A DNA stretch of 64,000 bases from Basidiobolus meristosporus CBS 931.73 (taxonomy: Eukaryota > Fungi > Basidiobolomycota). The notes below the pieces were generated by a model that was not told where the DNA came from, did not search any database, and saw only the letters and a program-made list of their open reading frames with translations. The stretch covers positions 1-64,000 of the forward strand of contig MCFE01000432.1 in NCBI GenBank assembly GCA_002104905.1, read 5' to 3'. Positions 47,360 to 58,300 of the stretch are shown piece after piece; position 1 is the stretch's first letter, and each line of letters opens with the position of its first letter. The translations under genes were made by a program, and so were the position numbers.

Positions 47360-49033
47360 ATGTCTACCGAAAACAACGGTATCCTGGCCAGACTGAAAGA
47401 CTTTCGCGAGTCGAAAACTGCCGTCTTGGTTGTCGTCACTCTTGCCATCTTTACGTATGTGCCATTGATAAAGTATGTGGTTTCATTGAACTAAAACCTC
47501 TTGCTTTTCATAGTGATATGCTTATATACGGTATAGTGGTAAGTAGCGCATTATTGTATCTATTGACATTCCATATCCTCAACCGGGGTTTCCATATAGG
47601 TCCCCATCTTACCCACGATTGTAGAAGAAAAGCTTCAGGGTGATTCTACTACAGTTGGTCTTCTCATGGGCTCCTTCGGTAAGATTTCTGATGTCACACG
47701 TAACATGAGTGGGCCTGCTAACCCTTCCCATAGCTGCTGGATTGTTAGGAGCAACCCCAGTATTTGCTCTGCTTAGTGATCGCTATAGAAAAAGAAAACT
47801 CCCCATGCTCGTCAGCTTACTGTGTCTGTGCATCGCATGCGCCCTTTTCCCACTGGCAAACGCATTTTGGGAGTTCTTGCTTATCCGCGTTGTGCAAGGA
47901 ATCTCAGCTGCTGCCTCTTGGGTGATTGGAGTAGCTATGTTGGCTGATGCATTCCCTCCAAATCAATTTGGAATTGCCGTTGGAACAGCTATGGGTGGCC
48001 ATGGAGTGGGATTTGCAGTTGGCCCAACCATTGGTGGCTTGCTCTTTGAACACTCTAGCTACGCCTCTCCCTTTATCCTTTGTGCATCACTGGCATTTTT
48101 TGATTTCGTGGTACGCTTGTGCATTGCCCCCAACGATTCTCAGATGAAACAAATGTCGGAGGCCATAGAGGAAGCAAGCAAGAAGCTTCACACGGATGCT
48201 GAAAAATCCACCAGTAGCGAGATCAACGACGGAGTTAGCGCCGAGCCAAAATCCCTGAACATGCTAACAATGATGAAACACTGGCCGATCATCAAGTGCT
48301 TTTTAATCACCCTGCTATCATCCTCAGCTTATGCTTGTAAGTTACCCTAATCATGAGCTCAACCTCTTACCTTGGGTCAATGCTAAATAGGTTCTTTTTG
48401 TTAGGTGTTGAGCCAACACTCACAATCTATCTAGGCGAGGAGTTCGGCTACAACACTGGCACGATTGGATTGCTATACATCGCCCTTGTTGTTCCTAATG
48501 TATTTGTTGCTCCAATCTCTGGATGGCTGAGCGATCATTATGGGCGCATGTTTGTGAGCGGTCTCGGTTTGCTCGTGTTCGCCCCGATAATTGTTCTGTT
48601 GGCTGTTCCCAAGGTTCTCTGGGGCCTCATTGTGGTAATGATGGTATGCGGCGCAAGTCAGTCAATGGTGAGATTTTTGTGGTAGCTCCTAGTCCGAAAA
48701 AAAAACGCTAATTTCACCCTTAGGTGATGACACCGGTGCAACCAGAACTCGGTGATTATATTCGTACACTTGGTGGAGGTGCTTATGCTCAGGCCTTTGG
48801 CCTCTTCAACATGGCGTTTAGCGGAGGTACGTCTCGCTGTCTGTAAGTGTTGTGATACTCAGTTGAATTGACGTTTGAACTTTAAAGGCATGTTCATTGG
48901 CCCAATCATTGGAGGCATTGCTTATGACCGGATTGGATTTCTATATACATTGCTAATCTTTGCCATTATGAATGCTCTTCTAATCCCATTTATTATCACC
49001 AAACCGCGAAGAAACGCGCCAACAAGCGAATAG
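47360..49033 (+). CDS. MFS transporter, SLC18 (vesicular amine transporter)-like, multi-exon
   Basis: VVVTLAIFT|DMLIYGIV|VPILP; LSDRYRKRK; RVVQGISAAASWVIGVAMLAD; GFAVGPTIGGLL; GWLSDHYGR; AFGLFNMAFSG|GMFIGPIIGG. Confidence 0.85.
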
Positions 49034-49321
49034 AAGTTGTGCCAGTTTGATGAGTCCGACTCGGCCATTGTTATCACATTTTCAATGGCCCTTCCGGGCA
49101 GTTGTAGAAAGCTTGTAATATATACACAAGAGACTTTCTTTGGAATTCTCCACTTACTGTAGTTCAGTTAATCAACTCTTAACCATTTGCGCAATAAATA
49201 TGTGAACGATACATAGTGACTGCAGTTTGACCGATATGGAGATGTAACCATATTAAAATAGCCATGCAAGTAGAATGGGCGCAATTGGGTTTTAATGAAA
49301 TTAATGCAATGCTTATCGCCT

Positions 49322-49789
49322 CTAAGGCTTGTTCAATTCCTTCCACAATGCATACACCTCAATGGCGTCTTTTCTAGGTTCGCTAACCATAGGGAGACGA
49401 CGTTGATCAATTGGCTTCTTGTATTCGTCGTAGAAGGTGGCCAACTCGAAGTACTTTCTGTCATCCGTATAGTAATCGGCATATTCCTCACGGGTGGTCA
49501 AGTAGATAACCTTCTTTGGGCTGCAGTAGTAAAGAGAACCCAGACACATAGGGCATGGGCCAGCAAGAATATAGATCTCACAATCGGTCAAGTGCTCAGT
49601 CTTGAGTTTCATGCAAGCTTGTCTCACGGCAAGAATCTCAGCATGAGCAGTGGGGTCGCTAGTTTGGGCGACGAGATTTGGGCTCTCTGCGACGATTTCG
49701 CCGTTTTGCACAATTACACAGGCAAAAGGACGTCCTCCGTTTCTGACGTTCTCTTTGGCAAGCTCGATGGTACGGTCGGCGAAATTCAT
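49322..49789 (-). CDS. Zn-dependent nucleobase deaminase (GuaD/cytidine-deaminase superfamily), intronless and bacterial-like
   Basis: GGRPF..DPTAHAEILAVRQAC..PCPMCLGSLYY motifs (HAE…PCxxC). Confidence 0.92.
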   Translation of the reverse strand: MNFADRTIELAKENVRNGGRPFACVIVQNGEIVAESPNLVAQTSDPTAHAEILAVRQACMKLKTEHLTDCEIYILAGPCPMCLGSLYYCSPKKVIYLTTREEYADYYTDDRKYFELATFYDEYKKPIDQRRLPMVSEPRKDAIEVYALWKELNKP

Positions 49790-50482
49790 ATTAGCTTTTT
49801 ATGAGGTTAGAGCGTTCCAAAATACGGGGCTTATATGTTAACTTCGTTTAGTCCTTTGGGGAGACAAGTGACACGATGACTAATTGTAGGGTAGATTCCA
49901 ACTCACGCGTAGCATCTGAACCGTATTCAATTCGAGAACATCAACGAATCATAGGTTTTGATCGACTTTGATAATCTTGGTGGCTACTGAAATATCAAGA
50001 TCTCGAGTCTAACCTATGAATGAGTGTCTATTTTGAGTGTGGTTGGAAGGCCTACAAAACGGACAAGGGTAAAATATTTTCCCATCTTCGGGATAATCAA
50101 AATACTTATTCGGAAAGGTTAATATATGCATTTTGTATAAACAAAACCTAATTTACTATCCCTTCTCGAATTTGCAAAATGCATATTCCAAAGCATCAGA
50201 ATAAACCATTTGACTAAAGAAAACCTAATCGGAGGTGCTTATTAATATGGGAGACTTGTGTTATCATCATTGATAGAGTAATGGGGAATCATTGGATGAC
50301 TTCATTAAAAACTTCCATTTCTGGCAATTGGAGTTGCTAAGAATTTCCAGGAAGGGCGCGGGTGAAGCAGTTTGTCCACCTCCGCTTCTATGTCCGTTAT
50401 GGTGACCCGTCTCAATATGTATAAATACGCAACAGCCTATTTAGAGTTTTATGAAAAAAACCCACCTACTTTATCACAACAA

Positions 50483-53400
50483 ATGGGTTTGAATACAGAT
50501 AGCGAACTTGACAACCTGCCGTGGCATTCTCTAGATCTTGAGTCGGTGATACGGGAGCTTCATACAAACACAGAAACCGGATTACAGAGTTTAGACATTT
50601 CCGACAAGCTGAGCCAATATGGTCACAATGAATTAAGCGGTGCTGGTAGCATAAAGTGGTATACTCTACTATCATATCAACTCAAGGATGCGATCAATTA
50701 CATCCTTCTTGCTGTCACGGTATGGAGGTTCAATCAACATGATTACGGCGTTTCCTAATCCCGATTTCGCTTGTAGGTCCTGTCTTTTGTACAGAAGGAT
50801 TACATCTCCGGCTCCCTGGTTCTTGCCATCACATTGCTCAATATATTCCTAAGTGCACAACAGGTATTCAAAGCGGAACAGACGATGAAAGCCTTACGTG
50901 GAATGTCCTCACCCTCTGCTCGTGTTCTACGGGATGGGGAAGAATTGGTGATCAGCAGTCGGGACATAGTCCCCGGAGATGTCCTTCTCATCCAAGAAGG
51001 CGACTCAATCGCTGCCGACATTCGACTTTTCTACGTATCTAACTTTGAGGTCGATGAGGCATTACTGACAGGAGAATCCGAGCACGTCAGCAAAAAGTTC
51101 GTTTATTTCGGATTAGGTTTTCATTGACCGATTCTAACCCGGTTCGTTTTAAAGACTAGACCTTCTTGATAAAGAAGATATACCCTTAGGCGATCGTAGT
51201 AACATGGCCTACTCTTCAACCATTGCCTCCAAAGGGCGTGCCAAAGGAATCGTTATCGCTACCGGTATGAGGAGCGAGATCGGAAAAATCGCACAAACAA
51301 TTTCTGAATCCGGGAATGGCGGACAAACAAAATTACAGAGAAGGTAACCAATTGTAGATCCATTGCCCTTGTCAATTCCTAACAATATTCCCGTTGTATA
51401 GTTTAAACTATATGGCATTATTTTTACTACTCTGCGCGCTGATTGTTGCTGTTATTGTGATGGCCATCAGTAAATTTGAGCTAACGTAAGATTCCTGTTT
51501 GCTGCATTGAATGTCTTCTATGTACTCAACCATGCTCCTAACTAGTTATGACATTGGAATGTACGCTATGACTGCTGGTCTTTGTGCAGTTCCTGCTGGA
51601 TTGACAACAGTGGTCACTGTCACTTTCGTAATTGGCGGTAAAGAGATGATCAAGCAGAAGGCCATTGTTCGTAAGCTGAACTCCCTCGAGACATTGGGCA
51701 GTGTAACCAACATTTGCTCAGACAAGGTTAGCTGCCCAGAAAAGAGTCTGCCTTCCGTCACCCTTTCTTACCTTATTTCTATCCACAAAGACTGGTACCT
51801 TGACGCAAGCACAAATGGTTTTGGTTCAGTTTTGGGTTTTCAAAGATGGCTATTACTCTGTAACCTCGAAAGGAATCGAGCCTGAAGGAGAGGTATACCG
51901 TTTAGGTTCTTCGGCGGAATCCGATGGCGACGTTGCAGAGAAGCAGGACCCCGTTGACAAAGCTCAATTATCTGAAGATATGAAGAAGTTTGTGAGCTGC
52001 GCGGCTCTTTGCAACATGTCGGGTATTCGCAAGAACCAATCGGATGAGTGGATTGCCAGTGGGAATCCAACTGAAGTTGCTCTTCAGGTGTTCGCTCACA
52101 AGTTCGCCATGGGAAAACCAGATTTGGAGGAGCAGAATTATGAGCTTCTATTCGAGTATCAGTTCGACTCATCAATCAAGAGAATGTCGGTCGTATATCG
52201 GCTTAGAGATACAGAGAAGTTGATTATGTTCACCAAGGGAGCCACCGAAAGAATCATTTCCCTCTGCCAAAATATCGAGGATGACAAAGAAATTTTGCAG
52301 AAAGTGGATATTTTGGCTTCGAAAGGCTTAGTAAGTTGTTTGTTTGTTTGTTAAGTTTGATATTCTGACTGACCCGTTTTTAGCGTGTCTTAACATTGGC
52401 ATACAAGACTCTCGACCTAAACCCAGAGGATGTGCAGAACTCAAGCAGAGAGGATTTGGAGAAAAATCTGAACTTCTTGGGGCTAGTTGGTATTTATGGT
52501 ATTTGGTGGCCACTACATCTTATGATGTGCGTTATGACTCAACTCTAGTAACATAGATCCCCCGAGACCGGAGAGTCGTCGTGCAGTACAAGAAGCTTAT
52601 GGTGCTGGGATCATGGTGCATATGCTTACTGGTGATCATGAGGAGACTGCCACTGCCATTGCAAAGGAGGTTGGGATTTTGAAGTCAAGCTTCTCCGATG
52701 AGAAGATCAAAAATTCCGTCATCACCGGGCCCCGTTTTGATTCCATGACTGAAGAAGACCTGGACAAATTGGATCAGTTGCCGCTCGTCATTGCTAGATG
52801 CTCCCCTGACACGAAGGTCAAGATGATTCGGGCTTTGCATCGCAGACATCTAGTGGTAGCCATGACTGGTGACGGTGTGAATGGTTAGTATTGCTATTTC
52901 TGCTCAGAAAGGTTTCCGTCTTAACTCAAGATATACTTTGCTAGATTCACCATCACTCAAGATCGCTGATGTTGGTATTGCGATGGGAATGAATGGATCA
53001 GATGTTGCCAAGCAAGCTTCAGATATTATTTTAACCGACGACAACTTCGCCACCATCATCCGCGCCATTGGCGAGGGCCGTCGTATATACCAGAACACCC
53101 TGAAGTTCTTACTCTACTACCTGATCAGTAAGTTGCATATCGGGAGTGTTGGCTTGTGTATCCATATTAAATGAATTGTTCTACGTAGGTATCTTAGCAC
53201 TTATCATCTTGTTGCTGGCGGTCCTTGGATTCAAGGATCCGGCTGGCCAAGTGGTGTATCCCTTGAGTCCCATTCAGATTCTTTTCATGTTCTTCGCTAT
53301 CACTCCTCCAGCCGCCGAACTTGGAGTCCAGGAGCCTAGCAAGACCATTATGAACGAGCATCCGAGATCTCCAAAGAAGAGTATCTTTTCCTTTGAAATA

Positions 53401-53967
53401 ATACTCGACACGTTTGTTTATGGAGTCGCTTTGGGTGTATTCTTTGTAGCAGCATTCAGCATTGTCCTTGTTGGAAAGGGGGATGGCGTGCAAGCCTTGA
53501 ACTGCAACTCTGAATACAGTGCTGGTTGCGAGACCCTCTATCGTGCCCGTAGTACTGTTTTGGTGATTCTTATTCTGCTACTCAACATGCAGGCTATAAA
53601 CAATCGGAGCTTCCGCGACGCCGAATGGTCTCTCTCTGGGCTCAAGAAAACCCTGAAATCCAAAGTTCTTCTTTGGACATTTGCGATTGACCTCATCTTG
53701 TTGATCGTCTTTATATATGTTCCTCAGTAAGTTGATTGTGATAGATGGTTATGTGGGATGTATCTAACCATTCCAACCCATAGGGTCAATACCGTTGGAT
53801 TCAAACAATACAATATTGACTGGGAATGGGGCTTAATTGCTGCCTCGATTGTGTTGTACATTGGTTTCTCAGAACTCTACAAGTACGCCAAGCGGAAAAT
53901 GATGAGACCGGTGGTGATCCCGTTCAACAAAGAAGCAGTTCTCTCAGAGAAAGCATTTGTAAACTAA
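50483..53967 (+). CDS. P-type ATPase, ENA/P2D (Na+/K+ efflux)-like, multi-exon
   Basis: VDEALLTGES; ICSDK|TGTLT; GNPTEVAL; KGATE; GIY|DPPR; MLTGDH; ARCSPDTKVKMI; MTGDGVN|DSPSL; FATIIRAIGEGRR. Confidence 0.92.
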
Positions 53968-55362
53968 TCTCATTACTAGAACCACACACACATATATATA
54001 TTCCACCCACGCATTTCACTATTAAAATAAATCGAAGTATCTTCGACTATATGCCATCGGGTATTAACCGCTGTGACATAGTTTACTGAAGTAGTCGCAA
54101 AAGATCCTTGTATTACCTGTATCCAGTTGGCCCTGTATCCAGTTGGTACCATTGCACGGGAAAAATAGTGTTGGTGGCTTTGAATCCTATATGTTTCCTA
54201 ACTTGAAATTTCCCTTAGAATCTATGTATTACTGATCACCGAGAATAAGTTCAAAATCTGAAGTAGTCGCTGGATCCTGATTTAAACAAGAGGAAGCACG
54301 GTTAGACATATTACAAAGTGATAGGTTTGATGAAAATACTTCCATCAGAATCATGGCTGTTTCACGGCGATTCGTATCACTATAGTTGGTACATATGGCG
54401 GGGGTAATGTCTAATATGGAAGGTGAAAGTGGTGCCAAGGTACGATTAAGTATTCCTCTCCAGTAGCTGCAGCGTATATTATGTGACTCTCCAGTAGAGC
54501 TATGCATGAGGCGTGGAACGCGTCTGTTAATATTACCTTCATTTATGTATGTAGTCATCAAAGGGCATAATCCTATTTTTGCAAGAGCATGCTAGTTTAC
54601 ATTAAGGTTGACTCACCAACTTCATGATAGGCTACTCACACTACACTCACCCGTATGCCGGTCATCGTACTGTTCCAACGTATTACAGTAAGCATGCGTG
54701 TCTTCAAAATGCTTTGGCTAAATCTTCCTCATACGCAATCAAGCTCAGCACGCCATTCGTAACCACATAGATTGATGCAACTGAACAGCCAGTTCGATTT
54801 CGAAGTCCGAACAGTGATGGTTTTCGGCTGCATAGTCGAGTAACTGTTTCGGCCTATATTTGAATATGTTTCGTACTCCAACTGTCTTCTTTCGAATGTT
54901 CGTTCTTTTGATGGTTGCGACGCCACATAAAATGAGCGATTGGCTACTGTTGATATGGTAGAAGATATCGGTAAATGCATCGATGCATATTCATAATTTG
55001 ATTCAGTAACCAACAACGTTGCCTATGTTTCGATCGAAAAATGCCAACCACGGACCCAGTTGGCCAAGTGTCACCCAAGGAGCCATCAAATCACTTCAAA
55101 TGTTGCTAAATTCGCAGCCATACTATCGAGTACATTTCAGCGCCACATTGTCACTCACGTTTGCTTCAGTAAAGTGAGAACTGCCTCTCGAGTCAAACCA
55201 CATCCTACTGATGCTGATGATTTCTGCTAGATTCAGGGCGATCGTTGCAACGTGTTGATTGGGCTATAGATGGCGTTCCTTAAGGAGGCTTCAGTGATGG
55301 ACGTTAGCAAGTATTTAATGGGGTGAGCTGCCGTTACATTCTATCATATACAAAAACCAACA

Positions 55363-58300
55363 ATGAGACATACTCTAGGTCAAGCAGAACTAAAGCAATT
55401 GTTAGCAGCTTTTGAGCCACAGTTCCCCATGTTGCCCATTGTGCTCGCTTCGAATATGTGCATATTAGTCTACCGATACACAGATACCGAAGTGGCCACT
55501 CTGCATTTTTCAAATTCCGGATCTCAAGATGGGCCGTGGAAAGTCGCGGTCGCTTTACGACCCGAAATGTCCGTCAGTGAGCTCCTAAACATAGTTGGAG
55601 AGAAAGTGAAGACATCCCGTAATGGTAAAATGCCAACAATCGTAGGCTTGAGCATAAGCTTGTACGATTCTACTTCTGAAATGATTATGAGCGTTGGCTC
55701 AATCGAAGATCCCCATGGACAGGTGATCAGTATATTGGATGTTAACGATTCCGTCGCAAGCAACAGCAGTGTGCGAGCTAATATACTGAGTCACTGGAGT
55801 ACTCTACTGAAAAGCTTTTCCGACTATCCTGATGAACCTATATCCAGAGTTAATATGCTCTCTTCCACAGAAATGGCCCTTTTAACCTCATCAGCCTGGT
55901 CATCCACTCCACCAGTTACTATCGCCCAGATCCCATCTCACCAGAATGTATCATCTGACGAGATGTTTCTGCACACTATATTCGAGAATACTGCCAAAAT
56001 GTATCCTAGTCGCATAGCCATACTGTACGAGGATTCAGCAGGGAAAGAGAGAGCCTATACTTACCAAGACGTGGAGAATTCCTCATCACTCTTGGCCAAA
56101 CATCTTTACGATAACTACGATACCGGGCCAGGCAGGTTCATCGGTCTCATGATGCCCCAGATGCCTGAGGCATACATTGCGATGCTCGCTATTCTCAAAA
56201 CCGGATCAGCCTACGTCCCAATAGACCCAAGCTATCCCGTAGATCGCATCGAGTATATACTTGAGGACTCTCGAGCGGAACTGCTATTGTCCAAGAAAGC
56301 AATCGCCAAACATCAAATATCATGGCCAACATTCTTTCTCGATGATTGGCTAGATCCCATGCGATCCAACTCGCTTGGCTGTGGACAGTTCTCTTCTGGA
56401 TTGCTGAAGGTAATGGATGTCGCTTATATGATATATACGAGTGGAACAACTGGCCGGCCAAAAGGTAGATTCATTCTTTTAGCCAGGTTTGATCTCATTG
56501 CTAAGGCCAAATACTCTCCATAGGGGTTGTTGTCGAGCATCGGAATGTAGTCAGCTTGATTAAGGCTGAGTATCTAATCTTCAATTTAACCGATGAAGAT
56601 CGAGTCTATCAGCAGTTTTCAATAGCATTTGATGCTTCCATTGAAGAGATATGGCTACCATTCATGGTTGGTGGGGCACTTGTTCCCGCTACTCAGAAAC
56701 CAGGGCCGGGCCTCTCGGATATCCTGGAAGCCAAAGGCGTGACTGTTCTAAGTTGTGTGCCGACTCTGTTGACCATGTTGTCGGAAGATGAGAAGTTGCA
56801 AAGTCTTCGTTTGCTGATTCTTGGTGGAGAGGCTTGTTCGAAGTTCTTGGTGGAGCGCTTTGGTTCTAGATGTCGAATGGTGAATAGCTATGGTCCAACT
56901 GAAGCAACTGTAAGTGCCTCTACGTATTGCTTCAAAAAGCCATTTCATAACCAGTTATATTAGGTCATAGCAACATGGAAAGCCTGCTGCCCGCAAGACA
57001 CTATTGTAACCATTGGACGTCCGGTGCCGGGATATTCAGCATTCATCTTGTCAGAGCACGATCAGCTCCAACCTATTGGCATTGCGGGAGAGCTGGTTAT
57101 CGGGGGTCCAGGCGTTACACGAGGCTACCATAATCAGCCTGACCTAACTAAGAAAAAGTTTATTCAAAACAAACTACTGGACCCCGAAGGTCAGTTGTAC
57201 AAAACAGGCGACCTGGCTCGCTTTACCCCGAACGGGGAAATTGAGTACCTAGGGCGAATTGATACACAAGTAAAGCTACGCGGATACAGAATTGAGCTCT
57301 CTGAGGTGAATCTTCAAATTGGACATGACGAAGTAACAGCTTGCTAAAACCTCTCTCTAGGTGGAATCGGCCCTTCAGCGCTTCAAAGATATACAGGCTG
57401 CTGTAGTCGATGTCTATGTAGACTCTTTCAATGTGGAGCATTTGGTGGCGTACATCACGCTCAGTGGTGATATCACTCATTTGAATAGCCAAGCCATCAA
57501 GGAAGACCTCCTGAAAACCATGCCTTACTTCATGGTTCCATCCATATTTCAAATTGTACAAGAGCTGCCAACACTACCAAGTGGTAAGATTGATCGTAAG
57601 AGCTTGCCAAAGGTGACTGTCGATATCCTGATGGCCAAAGAAGATGACTCAAAGGTCACAATTGCTCCGAGAACTCCGATGGAGACAATGCTGGTGGAAA
57701 TCTGGTCACGCTATTTTACGGGAAAACCCGTGTCAGTGTCGGACAATTTTTTTGACCTTGGAGGTCATTCTCTCTTGGCCGCAATGCTTGTCACGGAGTT
57801 ACGTCAATACGAGAACACGAAAGGAGTATCAATGGGACACATCTACCAATATGCGGTGTTGGAGCATCTAGCAAGCTTCATCGACTCCTGCTTCGGTTCA
57901 AGCGACAACATAGCGCTACAAATCCACGAAAAATCCCCTAAGAGCAGCGAAGTGGATCAGGAAAGGGATATTGAGAAGTTGAGTAACTTGGATAGAGCTG
58001 ACTTCCCTCCTATACCGGGCTATCTCCAATCTACCGGGCTTTTGATTTGTCAGTTTGCTGCGATCTTTACTGTCTATCTAATTTCCACGCTGCCGACATC
58101 ATTGCTGTACTTACTGTACAAGTTTACCGATGCGCCCTTCGCAGGGTTAACCCTGTTCTTTGCTTTAGACTTCTGCTGGATGCCGCTGATCGCGGTATGT
58201 GTCAAATGGGTATTGATCGGCAGGTATCGACCGGGCAAGTGGCCTGTCTGGGGGTACTACTATTGGCGCTGGTGGGTTGTACATTCCGTTACAAGAGGGC

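Noticed and set aside
49295-49804. 169-aa plus-strand ORF
   Set aside because: Antisense shadow of the deaminase, which carries the catalytic motifs.
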